A stretch of DNA of 29,932 nt from a virus. Lineage: Duplodnaviria; Caudoviricetes. The stretch is taken from the IMG/VR virus record IMGVR_UViG_3300037424_000832, positions 1 through 29,932 of that record; one strand, 5' to 3'. Positions 15,274-23,474 of this stretch are shown here, piece by piece; position 1 is the first letter of the stretch; every line of letters begins with the position of its first letter. The notes beneath the pieces were generated by a model that saw only the letters and a program-made list of their open reading frames with translations, did not search any database and was not told the origin of the DNA. Made by a program: the position numbers and the translations under genes.

Positions 15274-15657
15274 ATGAGTTTTGTAACCGATTTATCAATT
15301 GAAAAAAAAGTGCCTTTAAATGAACTGCAAAAAAAAGAGGCAAAAGAAAAATTAAATAAACAATACAAAGAAGAATCAAAACTAGTAAAAGGAATTTTTA
15401 AAAATATAGAAGCTCCGAGTGCGGGAGTGGAATTTCCATTTAGAAAATTCCCTCATGATCCAATCAGATATTATAGATTTGAAGACAATAAAGAGTATGA
15501 AATACCACTGTATCTTGCAAAACATATAAACGTTACATGCAATGAAAAAGCTGTTGAAACGTTTAAAGATTTAGATAATAACCCAACTTCTATTCCTAAA
15601 ATAAGAACAGTTCCTAAAAGACAAAGATATCAATTTTTATCAAGTGAGTACATGTAA
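15274..15657 (+). CDS. hypothetical protein in the virion module (127 aa)
   Basis: ORF track; AAGGA SD. Confidence 0.8.
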   Translation: MSFVTDLSIEKKVPLNELQKKEAKEKLNKQYKEESKLVKGIFKNIEAPSAGVEFPFRKFPHDPIRYYRFEDNKEYEIPLYLAKHINVTCNEKAVETFKDLDNNPTSIPKIRTVPKRQRYQFLSSEYM

Positions 15658-15659
15658 AA

Positions 15660-16658
15660 ATGGCAACAATAAGTTTAAGTTCATTAATTACTAAAATTAG
15701 AAAGTTAACAGCTAGACCATCTAGTCTTGAAATAACTGATAGCGAAATAACGGATTATATAAATTTATTTTATGAATATGATTTTCCATTTGAAATTAAA
15801 GATTTTAATTTTAAATCGACATTTACATTTCAAACACAACCAAATCAAGATAAATATGATTTAACATCAATGATAATTGGTTCTAGTGGCCTTAGTCCAA
15901 TAAATTATTATAAATCTTTTGAACCGCCTGTTTTTGTAAATGGATATGAATCAAGTTATTATCAAAATCAAGAAGACTTTTTTAGAATGTTTCCAAAATT
16001 AGATACAATAGAAACTATTGCTGTAGCTGATGGAGGTGTTGGTCCATATACCGGCACAATTAGCGCAACACCTATTTTAAAAGGGTCTATATTAATGTCG
16101 GCAGCAACTCCTACAGGCGTTAATTTATTAGTAGTAGATAATGGACAGGGACAATTAATTGAAGCTAATTCAACAGCAATAACCCCGCCTGTAATAGGAT
16201 CAATAAATTATACAACAGGATCTTTTACTGTTACATTTCAGGGCGTAGCAACAGAGGCCGGGACTAACATAACTGCAAAGTTTAATAGCTATAGCGCATC
16301 TAGACCTTATGCACTTTTATATTATGAAGATTATTTTTTAATGAGACCTGTGCCGGATGATTCTTATACAGTTGAAATATCTGCTTTTTTAAAACCGACA
16401 TCATTTATTTCCAGCGCTCCTGCATCAGTGCCAACAAAATTTTTAAACGATTACTTTCAATTATTAGCTTATGGAACAGCATGTAAGATATTTATAGATT
16501 CTCTAGAAACGGAATCATACGCTCAATTAAAACCTAGACTAGACGAAGAAATACAAAGAGTAGAGAGAAGAACAATTATGCAAGTAAAAACGCAAAGAGC
16601 ATCAACAATATATAGTGATTCGCCTAATTATGTTGGTTATCGCTATCCAAAATCATAG
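15660..16658 (+). CDS. head-tail adaptor protein (putative)
   Basis: Helical N-terminus (LITKIRKLT...ITDYINLFY), C-terminal MRPVPDDSYTVEI...YFQLLAYG typical of podovirus adaptors, with an inserted beta domain. Confidence 0.65.
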   Translation: MATISLSSLITKIRKLTARPSSLEITDSEITDYINLFYEYDFPFEIKDFNFKSTFTFQTQPNQDKYDLTSMIIGSSGLSPINYYKSFEPPVFVNGYESSYYQNQEDFFRMFPKLDTIETIAVADGGVGPYTGTISATPILKGSILMSAATPTGVNLLVVDNGQGQLIEANSTAITPPVIGSINYTTGSFTVTFQGVATEAGTNITAKFNSYSASRPYALLYYEDYFLMRPVPDDSYTVEISAFLKPTSFISSAPASVPTKFLNDYFQLLAYGTACKIFIDSLETESYAQLKPRLDEEIQRVERRTIMQVKTQRASTIYSDSPNYVGYRYPKS

Positions 16659-16665
16659 GTAAAAA

Positions 16666-17256
16666 ATGAGTACATATAACAATTTAATACCTCAACCATC
16701 CGATAAGTTAAGCGTATCTCAAGGTGATTTGCTTAGCAATTTTGGAACGTTATCAAATGCGATAGACAACGATCACGTAGATATATTAGATCCTACAGCG
16801 ACAGAACAGATGAAACATAAATATATTAGATTAAAAGAACAGACAGCGCCGGTTGCTGCTACTACTGCTGATGAAGGGGGGCTTTATGTTGACGACAGCG
16901 ATCATGCACTATATTTCAAACCTCATAATGATGGCACTGCTGAAAAAATATCTTCAGGAGGAAGTGGGGGCGGAAATGTTTTAGCATGGGGTCTGATGAC
17001 ATATCAAGGAAGCCCGAATTTTAATTATACAATTAATTATGGTTCTAATTTAGCAAATACTGTAAGTGTAATTACTCCTTCTTTAATACAAGTAAATTTT
17101 ACAACAGCTCTTGCATCGGCTAATTATATTGTTTTAATTAGTAAAAGTAGCGTAAGTACTGCAAACACTTTTTTTGTTGCAGGAAGTCAAACGGTTAATA
17201 GTTTTCAAATATCAGGTACTGCAACGAATATAGCAATTACAGTTATAGGAGTTTAA
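16666..17256 (+). CDS. tail-associated protein (short fibre / needle-like, 196 aa)
   Basis: N-terminal coiled segment, GGSGGG linker, beta-rich C-terminal domain; lies between adaptor and nozzle. Confidence 0.55.
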   Translation: MSTYNNLIPQPSDKLSVSQGDLLSNFGTLSNAIDNDHVDILDPTATEQMKHKYIRLKEQTAPVAATTADEGGLYVDDSDHALYFKPHNDGTAEKISSGGSGGGNVLAWGLMTYQGSPNFNYTINYGSNLANTVSVITPSLIQVNFTTALASANYIVLISKSSVSTANTFFVAGSQTVNSFQISGTATNIAITVIGV

Positions 17257-19422
17257 ATGGGCTTTCAACCAATAAATGTACCAATTTTTAATACGGGACT
17301 TGAAAAAGATCTACCGGGATATTTAATTCCTGACGATGCGATGCCCGAATTAAAAAACGCATATATATGGAGAAAAAGAGTTAAAAAAAAATATGGTTCT
17401 ACCTTGCTTGGAAGATTACAAAATCAAGTTCTTGCAGAAGCTGTAGGCGCATTAGGAGCAACTCATTACACTTATACACTACTAAATATTCCTGCCGCTC
17501 CTAGCTTTATAACGATTACATCAGGAGTACAAGTAATAACTGATGATGGACAAGGGAATCTAATCGGCGATATTGACCCACTCGGAACAAATACAATAAA
17601 TTATGAGACAGGCGATATAGATGTAACGTTTTTAAATGTTACAGCAGCAGCAGTAACAGTAAGCTATGACTATTATTTAAGACTTCCTGTGATGGGAATA
17701 TTTCTGTTAGAAACAAATAATATCAACGATGAAAACGTAATAGCATTTGATACTGAAAAATCGTATTTATGGAACGAAAGTAATGAAAGGTTTGAAAACA
17801 TAACATATCTTACAAGTGGAGCTGCGTTTTCTTGGAGCGCTAATAATTATAATTTTTTTTGGGGATTAAATTATTACACAGATACAAATAACAATAGATT
17901 ATTTTGGGTTGTAAATAATTCTGTTGCAGATGGAATTAGATATTTCAATGGAAGCACAACTAATGGATGGACGGTATTTAGACCAACAACAAGTACAGTA
18001 GCAAACAATTTTTTAGATACTGCAAGAATGGTTATTTCTTATAAAGACAGGCTTATTTTTTTAAATACAACTGAAACTGTTAATGGAGTCTCTACAAATT
18101 TATATCAAAGAGCTAGATGGTCGCAAAACGGATCTCCTTTATCGGCAGACGCCTTTAATTCAAACGTAGTAGGAAAAGGGGGATATATAGATGCTCCTAC
18201 ATCGGAGCAGATAATATCCTGCGCCTTTTATAAGGATATATTAATTGTATTCTTTGAAAGATCGACATGGCAGCTTGTTTATACGGGAAATGAAGTTTTA
18301 CCTTTTATATGGCAAAGAATTAATTCCCAGTACGGATCGGAATCTACATTTAGTTCTATCTCATTTGATGAAGGAATACAGACAGTAGGCGATAAAGCGA
18401 TAGTTCTTGCAGAAACTACAAATGTAAATAGAATGGATTTAAAAATACCAGATGAAGTTTTTGAAATCGACAATTCAAATTTTGCAGTAGAGAGAATCCA
18501 TGGAGTAAGAGATTACTATACGGAGCTTTCGATGTGGACTACAGTAACCGAAGAGAATCTGAATGTTTTTCCCGATCGAATTTTAGTATTAAACTATAGA
18601 GACGGTGCGTATTCTTATTTTGATGTATCGGCTACATGTTTTGGGCAATTTCAATGGCAATCGGATTTAATATGGAGCAAAGCGACTAAGACATGGGAAG
18701 AATATGACGGAAAGACATGGAATTCATTTAGAACAAATGAAAAGCAGCCTCTTATTTTATATGGCAATCAACAGGGGTACGTTTCAATAATTAATTTTCC
18801 GACAAATACAAATGATCCTAGTCTATATATTACTAACATAACACAAGCATTTCCAGCGGTTATAACAAGTCCTGATCATAATTTAAAGAAAGGCACATTT
18901 GTTAAATTTAAAGATGTTGTTGGGATGAGTGAAATCAATGATACTGTAGGAATGATTACCAATTTGACAATTGATACGATTACAGTAGATATTGACACTC
19001 GAACATTTACAGCGTTTAGTGGTTATGGTCAAATGTCTATTGTAGATAATTTTAGCATAAAAACAAAAAGATTTAACCCATTTTATCAACTCTCTAAAAT
19101 GATTAGAATAAATTATTTTGATACTTATGTAGAAAGTTATGAAAATGGAGAGATAACAATTGATGTTATAAAAGATGATAGTTCAGTTGCAATAACTTCA
19201 AATGCAGTTAGTTTACAAAATATTAATACATTGTTCAACAATGAAAAAGTTTGGCAACGATTATATTTGAATGTAAGAGGGCAATTTCTTCAATTTTATT
19301 TTCATTTAAGCGATGAGCAAATGAGAGATGGCAATAGCCCGTATAACACATTTATTTTATATAATATGAGAATTTGGGGAATGCCTATCGGCAGACTATT
19401 TAGCTATGACAGGATAACTTAA
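17257..19422 (+). CDS. tail nozzle / hub protein (P22 gp10- / T7 gp12-like, 721 aa)
   Basis: Size and position; N-terminal GLEKD..P..NAY; beta-propeller-like segments (YKDRLIFLNT, RARWSQNG, DILIVFFE); C-terminal RGQFLQ; contains an FCCH-like insert. Confidence 0.7.
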   Translation: MGFQPINVPIFNTGLEKDLPGYLIPDDAMPELKNAYIWRKRVKKKYGSTLLGRLQNQVLAEAVGALGATHYTYTLLNIPAAPSFITITSGVQVITDDGQGNLIGDIDPLGTNTINYETGDIDVTFLNVTAAAVTVSYDYYLRLPVMGIFLLETNNINDENVIAFDTEKSYLWNESNERFENITYLTSGAAFSWSANNYNFFWGLNYYTDTNNNRLFWVVNNSVADGIRYFNGSTTNGWTVFRPTTSTVANNFLDTARMVISYKDRLIFLNTTETVNGVSTNLYQRARWSQNGSPLSADAFNSNVVGKGGYIDAPTSEQIISCAFYKDILIVFFERSTWQLVYTGNEVLPFIWQRINSQYGSESTFSSISFDEGIQTVGDKAIVLAETTNVNRMDLKIPDEVFEIDNSNFAVERIHGVRDYYTELSMWTTVTEENLNVFPDRILVLNYRDGAYSYFDVSATCFGQFQWQSDLIWSKATKTWEEYDGKTWNSFRTNEKQPLILYGNQQGYVSIINFPTNTNDPSLYITNITQAFPAVITSPDHNLKKGTFVKFKDVVGMSEINDTVGMITNLTIDTITVDIDTRTFTAFSGYGQMSIVDNFSIKTKRFNPFYQLSKMIRINYFDTYVESYENGEITIDVIKDDSSVAITSNAVSLQNINTLFNNEKVWQRLYLNVRGQFLQFYFHLSDEQMRDGNSPYNTFILYNMRIWGMPIGRLFSYDRIT

Positions 19423-19424
19423 AA

Positions 19425-19916
19425 ATGACATTTAACCCTGCAAATTCACTATCATATCAAATACCTCAATCAATTGCATTTTCAAATGATTTCAATGTTT
19501 TTTTAAGACAGATGAAGGAATTTTATGAATTAAATTCTAGAGCAACCAATTCAAGAGATATAGGTATTTATACAACAGTAGAGATCTTAAACGGACAGCA
19601 AATTTTTACTGATGATGCACAAAAATATACACAAGTTTTTAGAAAAGTAATTGATTTTGGAGCGTTGCCAAACGCCGGTTTAAAAAGTGTAGCACATAAT
19701 ATAGCCGATATAGCAGACAATTGGAGGTTTACAAGAATTTATGCAGACGCTAGAGATACTAGCATTGCTAATAATCCAATATTTATTGCTATACCTAATA
19801 GTGGTGATTATCAAGCTCAAATAAGTATCGACAAGACAAATATTAACATTAAAACAACAGTTAACTTATCTAATTTTACGTCAACACTTGTTTTTTTGGA
19901 GTACGCAAAGCTTTAG
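19425..19916 (+). CDS. virion structural protein, hypothetical (163 aa)
   Basis: ORF track; beta-rich, FRKVIDFGALPN and a terminal LEY(A)K reminiscent of fibre-tip domains. Confidence 0.7.
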   Translation: MTFNPANSLSYQIPQSIAFSNDFNVFLRQMKEFYELNSRATNSRDIGIYTTVEILNGQQIFTDDAQKYTQVFRKVIDFGALPNAGLKSVAHNIADIADNWRFTRIYADARDTSIANNPIFIAIPNSGDYQAQISIDKTNINIKTTVNLSNFTSTLVFLEYAKL

Positions 19917-20184
19917 GTCTAAATTTTTCCATTTTGTAATCAAAAGCTACCGGAAGTACATTTTCCATTTTTAAAAAAACATTTTTATAAGTTTTATTTT
20001 TTCCATTAAATTGACGTCCGTCAATCTTAATTATTCTATAGCTTATATGCACCTGTTCGTTTGTTACCCATGAATCTTTTTTATCTATCATTTGTTTAAT
20101 AATTTCAATAGCTTCGATTTCAGTTTCAACCAATTTTTTAAATCTAGGTAAATAATTTCCTGTTACAACGTGATACATGTTCAT
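19876..20184 (-). CDS. hypothetical protein (102 aa)
   Basis: ORF track; overlaps the upstream gene convergently by 41 nt; divergent from the ejection-protein operon. Confidence 0.6.
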   Translation of the reverse strand: MNMYHVVTGNYLPRFKKLVETEIEAIEIIKQMIDKKDSWVTNEQVHISYRIIKIDGRQFNGKNKTYKNVFLKMENVLPVAFDYKMEKFRPKALRTPKKQVLT

Positions 20185-20210
20185 CCTGTGTTTCGTTATA
20201 ATTCAAAGAC

Positions 20211-20235
20211 TATCAAATAAATAATTTATTTGATA
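20211..20235. promoter_or_regulatory. perfect 25-bp palindromic operator / back-to-back promoter
   Basis: TATCAAATAAAT-A-ATTTATTTGATA; gives TGA-TATAAC on + and TGA-TAGTCT on -. Confidence 0.7.
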
Positions 20236-20263
20236 TAACAAATTATTAGGAAACGAGGTATAT

Positions 20264-20812
20264 ATGTCATCTTTTAGTAATTTTATGTTTGGGGGACAAT
20301 CTCCCGATCAATATAAGCAATTCTCAACTCAAACTCAAGGGCAAGAAAATGTTTTCAATCAACTTCTAGGCGGACTACAAGGTGGCAGTCAAGATCTATT
20401 TAAGATGCTCCAACAGTATATGTCTGGAGACCCCGAAGCAATGAAGGCGTTTGAACAGCCTGCAATGAGACAATTCAGCGAGCAAATAGTGCCTCAATTA
20501 GCAGAAAAATTTTCAGGTATGGGCGCACAAAGATCATCAGCGTTCGGTCAGGAAATGGGAGGAGCGGCAGCGGGATTGGCGGAAAGATTACAGCAAATGA
20601 GATCAGGGCTTGGTATGGATGCAGGACAGATGTTTGGAAACTTACTTGGAAAAGGATTAGACACCAAAGCGTTTCAAGGCTTTTACACTCCCGGTCAATA
20701 TCAGCCGGGCTTCTTAAATTCGGCAGCCGGAGGATTTGGAAAAGCGCTAGGAATGGGAGCTACAGGCGCAGCAGGTAGTTTATTTGATTGGATTAAGAAA
20801 AAAATGAGTTAA
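20264..20812 (+). CDS. DNA ejection / pilot protein (putative, 182 aa)
   Basis: G/A/Q/M-rich amphipathic helices and a glycine-zipper-like C-terminus; follows the tail genes; GAGGT SD. Confidence 0.65.
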   Translation: MSSFSNFMFGGQSPDQYKQFSTQTQGQENVFNQLLGGLQGGSQDLFKMLQQYMSGDPEAMKAFEQPAMRQFSEQIVPQLAEKFSGMGAQRSSAFGQEMGGAAAGLAERLQQMRSGLGMDAGQMFGNLLGKGLDTKAFQGFYTPGQYQPGFLNSAAGGFGKALGMGATGAAGSLFDWIKKKMS

Positions 20813-20815
20813 AAT

Positions 20816-23227
20816 ATGACAATACAAGCACTGCAAAACATGGAAAAACCTTCTTTGGGTGGTTTATTAGGCGAAGGTTTCGGAAAGGGTGTTTCGAAAT
20901 ATGCAGAAATGTCGCTGCAGGAAAAATTAAAAAATCATTTAAAACAAGAAGAAGATAAAAAGCCTTTGAACCCCGGTGAAGTAAATAAGCTATTATATGG
21001 TGATATAAAAGATGCTTATAGCGGAGAAAACATTTACAAATTAGAAAATAAACTGAATAAAAGAATAAAAGAAATTGGTAAAACAAAGGCATTAGAAGAG
21101 TTTTCACAAAATCCTTTAAATTATTTAAAAGAAGACGCTTTATTAGATAATAAAATCTCAAAAGAGCAAAACAAATCCCAAATGCCTACAATGCAGCAAA
21201 CAGAAGGGTTGCCGGGAGACGCTATAACAAGCGCATTAGGGCAAGCACTTTTTGGAAGAGCAGACATCAATGAATCGTCTAAAGGAACACCTCTTGAGCC
21301 TTATATTTCAGCATTAAGAAAAAATCCTTTAGAATTAGCATATTCACCGGCTAGAGAATTTGTAGATATGGTTATGCAAGAGATGGGACAAGGCACTCCT
21401 GCAATGAGAACTAAAGTTGAAGATGGCAAAATTAAAGTTGAGAAGACACTTAAAGAAATGTTAGAAAAAAAACCATTTGAAAAAATGTCTTTAGCTGAAC
21501 AAAACGCAATGGAAACATATGGTATTTTAGCGAATGTAGTTCCTCAAGGGACTGCTGCTGCTGCAAAAATAATTCAAAACCCTTCTAAATTGATGAATGT
21601 TTTAAAGAATTTTTTTAAACACCCATCTGAAGCTAAACCTATTAAACCAAAGATCGAACCTTTAAAAACTGAAAAGGTAAAAAGAGCTAGCGAAACATCT
21701 AAAATGCCAAAAGAAGAAAGAACATTAAAAAACAGAGAAATAAAAGACATATCAAAAGAATATGAAGGGAAAGTGAAGCCTAAAAGCGAACAAAAAGAAT
21801 TAGGAAAAGAATATCAAAGTAAACTTCATGAAAAAACAAAAACTGAAGCAGAATTATTAGCAAAAAGACCTTTAGAAGAGCAATTAAAACCATCTTCTAA
21901 AAGCGAAGGGCCCGCAGTAAAAAAATATAAAGCTGAAGCTAGTAAAAATGTAGAAAAAATAAATGAAAATATAAATAGATTAGAAAATAATATAACTAAA
22001 TTAGATGATGCATTACAGACTACTAAATCTAAAAATAAAAATCTTTTAACAAGATCCAAAGAAAATTTTCAAAAACAACTTAACGAATTAAAAGAAAAAA
22101 TAAAATTAGAAGAATATAAAGCTAAATACGGCAGAGAGCCTTTTTCAGAAGCTAAAACGCAAGAAGAAATAAAATTACATAATGAAAGAATAAAAGAAGC
22201 ATATATTAATCCCGAAACTATAGAAGCTAAAAAAATAAATGCAAGATTTGAAAAAGATCAAAAATATATAAAAGAAGCCCTTGATGTTTTAAAAAGAAAC
22301 CCATCAGCTCCAATTGAACCATACAAAGATTTTCATATTAAAAAATTAGAGGCATATAATAAATCTTATGTTGATATGTTAGAAGATTTAGATAAACAAA
22401 TAAGCGCTGCAAAGGGTGCTAAGAAAAAACAATTAGAAGGTTTAAAAAATAAATTTCAATTAAATCATAATGTAAATGAATCTAAATTAATTAAACATAG
22501 AGAAAAATTAAATACAAAACATTCAATAAAAAATTCTAATGCTTTAATGAGACATTATTTAAAAGATTTAAAAAAGACTGATTTAGCATTTAAAAACGAC
22601 TTGTTGAAATATAAAAATGAAATCGGGAAGGTATCTGACACTAAAATTAAAGAATTATCTTCTAAAACATTTAAAAATTTAGTTGAAGATGTAAAATCAA
22701 GCAAAAATCCTTCTTCTAATGAATTTATAGAAGAAATATCCAAAAAATCTGACATCCCAAAAGAAGATATAAAAAAACCAACAGATAAAATAAAAGAAAC
22801 AGTAGATGACTTTGCAAAAAAAGCAAACGAAAATTTAGAAAAAAGTCAAAGTTATGCTAAATACAAAGAATTGACTCAACCGGTAGTAACCAAAATAATT
22901 GATGAATTAAATGTTTTCAAATCTTCTAATTTGCCAAAATTAAAAAAAGCAGTTATTGGAGCGGTTGTGTTTGAAACACTGCAACGTACATTAGAAAAGG
23001 GGTTAGGAATAAAATTACCATTATCTTTGTTGGCATATTTAACGCCGGGGACTCACGCAATAAGATTTGGAGCTTCATTAATAGCCAATGCTGAAAGACA
23101 AATTGAAAGATTATTGAAACAAAAATATTATGCAAACAAACTATCGCAAGCCACTTCGCCGCAAGAAAGATATAAAATACAACAAGAGTTGAAAAGAAAA
23201 GGAATTAAATTAAAAAAAAATATTTAA
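20816..23227 (+). CDS. large K/E-rich coiled-coil internal virion (ejection) protein (putative, 803 aa)
   Basis: N-terminal LGGLLGEGFGKG, long coiled coils, hydrophobic C-terminal segment; position after the small ejection protein. Confidence 0.6.
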   Translation: MTIQALQNMEKPSLGGLLGEGFGKGVSKYAEMSLQEKLKNHLKQEEDKKPLNPGEVNKLLYGDIKDAYSGENIYKLENKLNKRIKEIGKTKALEEFSQNPLNYLKEDALLDNKISKEQNKSQMPTMQQTEGLPGDAITSALGQALFGRADINESSKGTPLEPYISALRKNPLELAYSPAREFVDMVMQEMGQGTPAMRTKVEDGKIKVEKTLKEMLEKKPFEKMSLAEQNAMETYGILANVVPQGTAAAAKIIQNPSKLMNVLKNFFKHPSEAKPIKPKIEPLKTEKVKRASETSKMPKEERTLKNREIKDISKEYEGKVKPKSEQKELGKEYQSKLHEKTKTEAELLAKRPLEEQLKPSSKSEGPAVKKYKAEASKNVEKINENINRLENNITKLDDALQTTKSKNKNLLTRSKENFQKQLNELKEKIKLEEYKAKYGREPFSEAKTQEEIKLHNERIKEAYINPETIEAKKINARFEKDQKYIKEALDVLKRNPSAPIEPYKDFHIKKLEAYNKSYVDMLEDLDKQISAAKGAKKKQLEGLKNKFQLNHNVNESKLIKHREKLNTKHSIKNSNALMRHYLKDLKKTDLAFKNDLLKYKNEIGKVSDTKIKELSSKTFKNLVEDVKSSKNPSSNEFIEEISKKSDIPKEDIKKPTDKIKETVDDFAKKANENLEKSQSYAKYKELTQPVVTKIIDELNVFKSSNLPKLKKAVIGAVVFETLQRTLEKGLGIKLPLSLLAYLTPGTHAIRFGASLIANAERQIERLLKQKYYANKLSQATSPQERYKIQQELKRKGIKLKKNI

Positions 23228-23394
23228 TTCCTCACTTCCTTTCTTTTAATTAAATCTTTTATAAAAATTCTATAAATTAATTTCTTTACAGTTATATTTT
23301 GAAGCTTTGCTTCTTCATGGATTAAATCCCAAAAATAGTCGTTAACTTCAAATATAATCCTTTTAGATCGTTTTTTTGACATATGTATATACAT
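23224..23394 (-). CDS. ribbon-helix-helix DNA-binding protein (start 23394 or 23382; 52-56 aa)
   Basis: MSKKRSKRIIFEVNDYFWDLIHEEAKLQNITVKKLIYRIFIKDL is a classic Arc/CopG-like strand-helix-helix pattern; the 23550 start in the ORF track is overextended. Confidence 0.7.
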   Translation of the reverse strand: MYIHMSKKRSKRIIFEVNDYFWDLIHEEAKLQNITVKKLIYRIFIKDLIKRKEVRN

Positions 23395-23412
23395 TACCTT
23401 TGCCTTTATATA

Positions 23413-23462
23413 CAAGTAAATAAAATATTTGATAGATTGATGTAAAGTAAATTTTTTACAAC
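23413..23462. promoter_or_regulatory. operator sites / promoter between the RHH gene and the fibre gene
   Basis: CAAGTA-N7-TATTTG (23413-23431) followed by A-TAGATT; a second degenerate site AAAGTA-N7-TACAAC (23444-23462). Confidence 0.6.
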
Positions 23463-23474
23463 AAGAGGAAGAAA

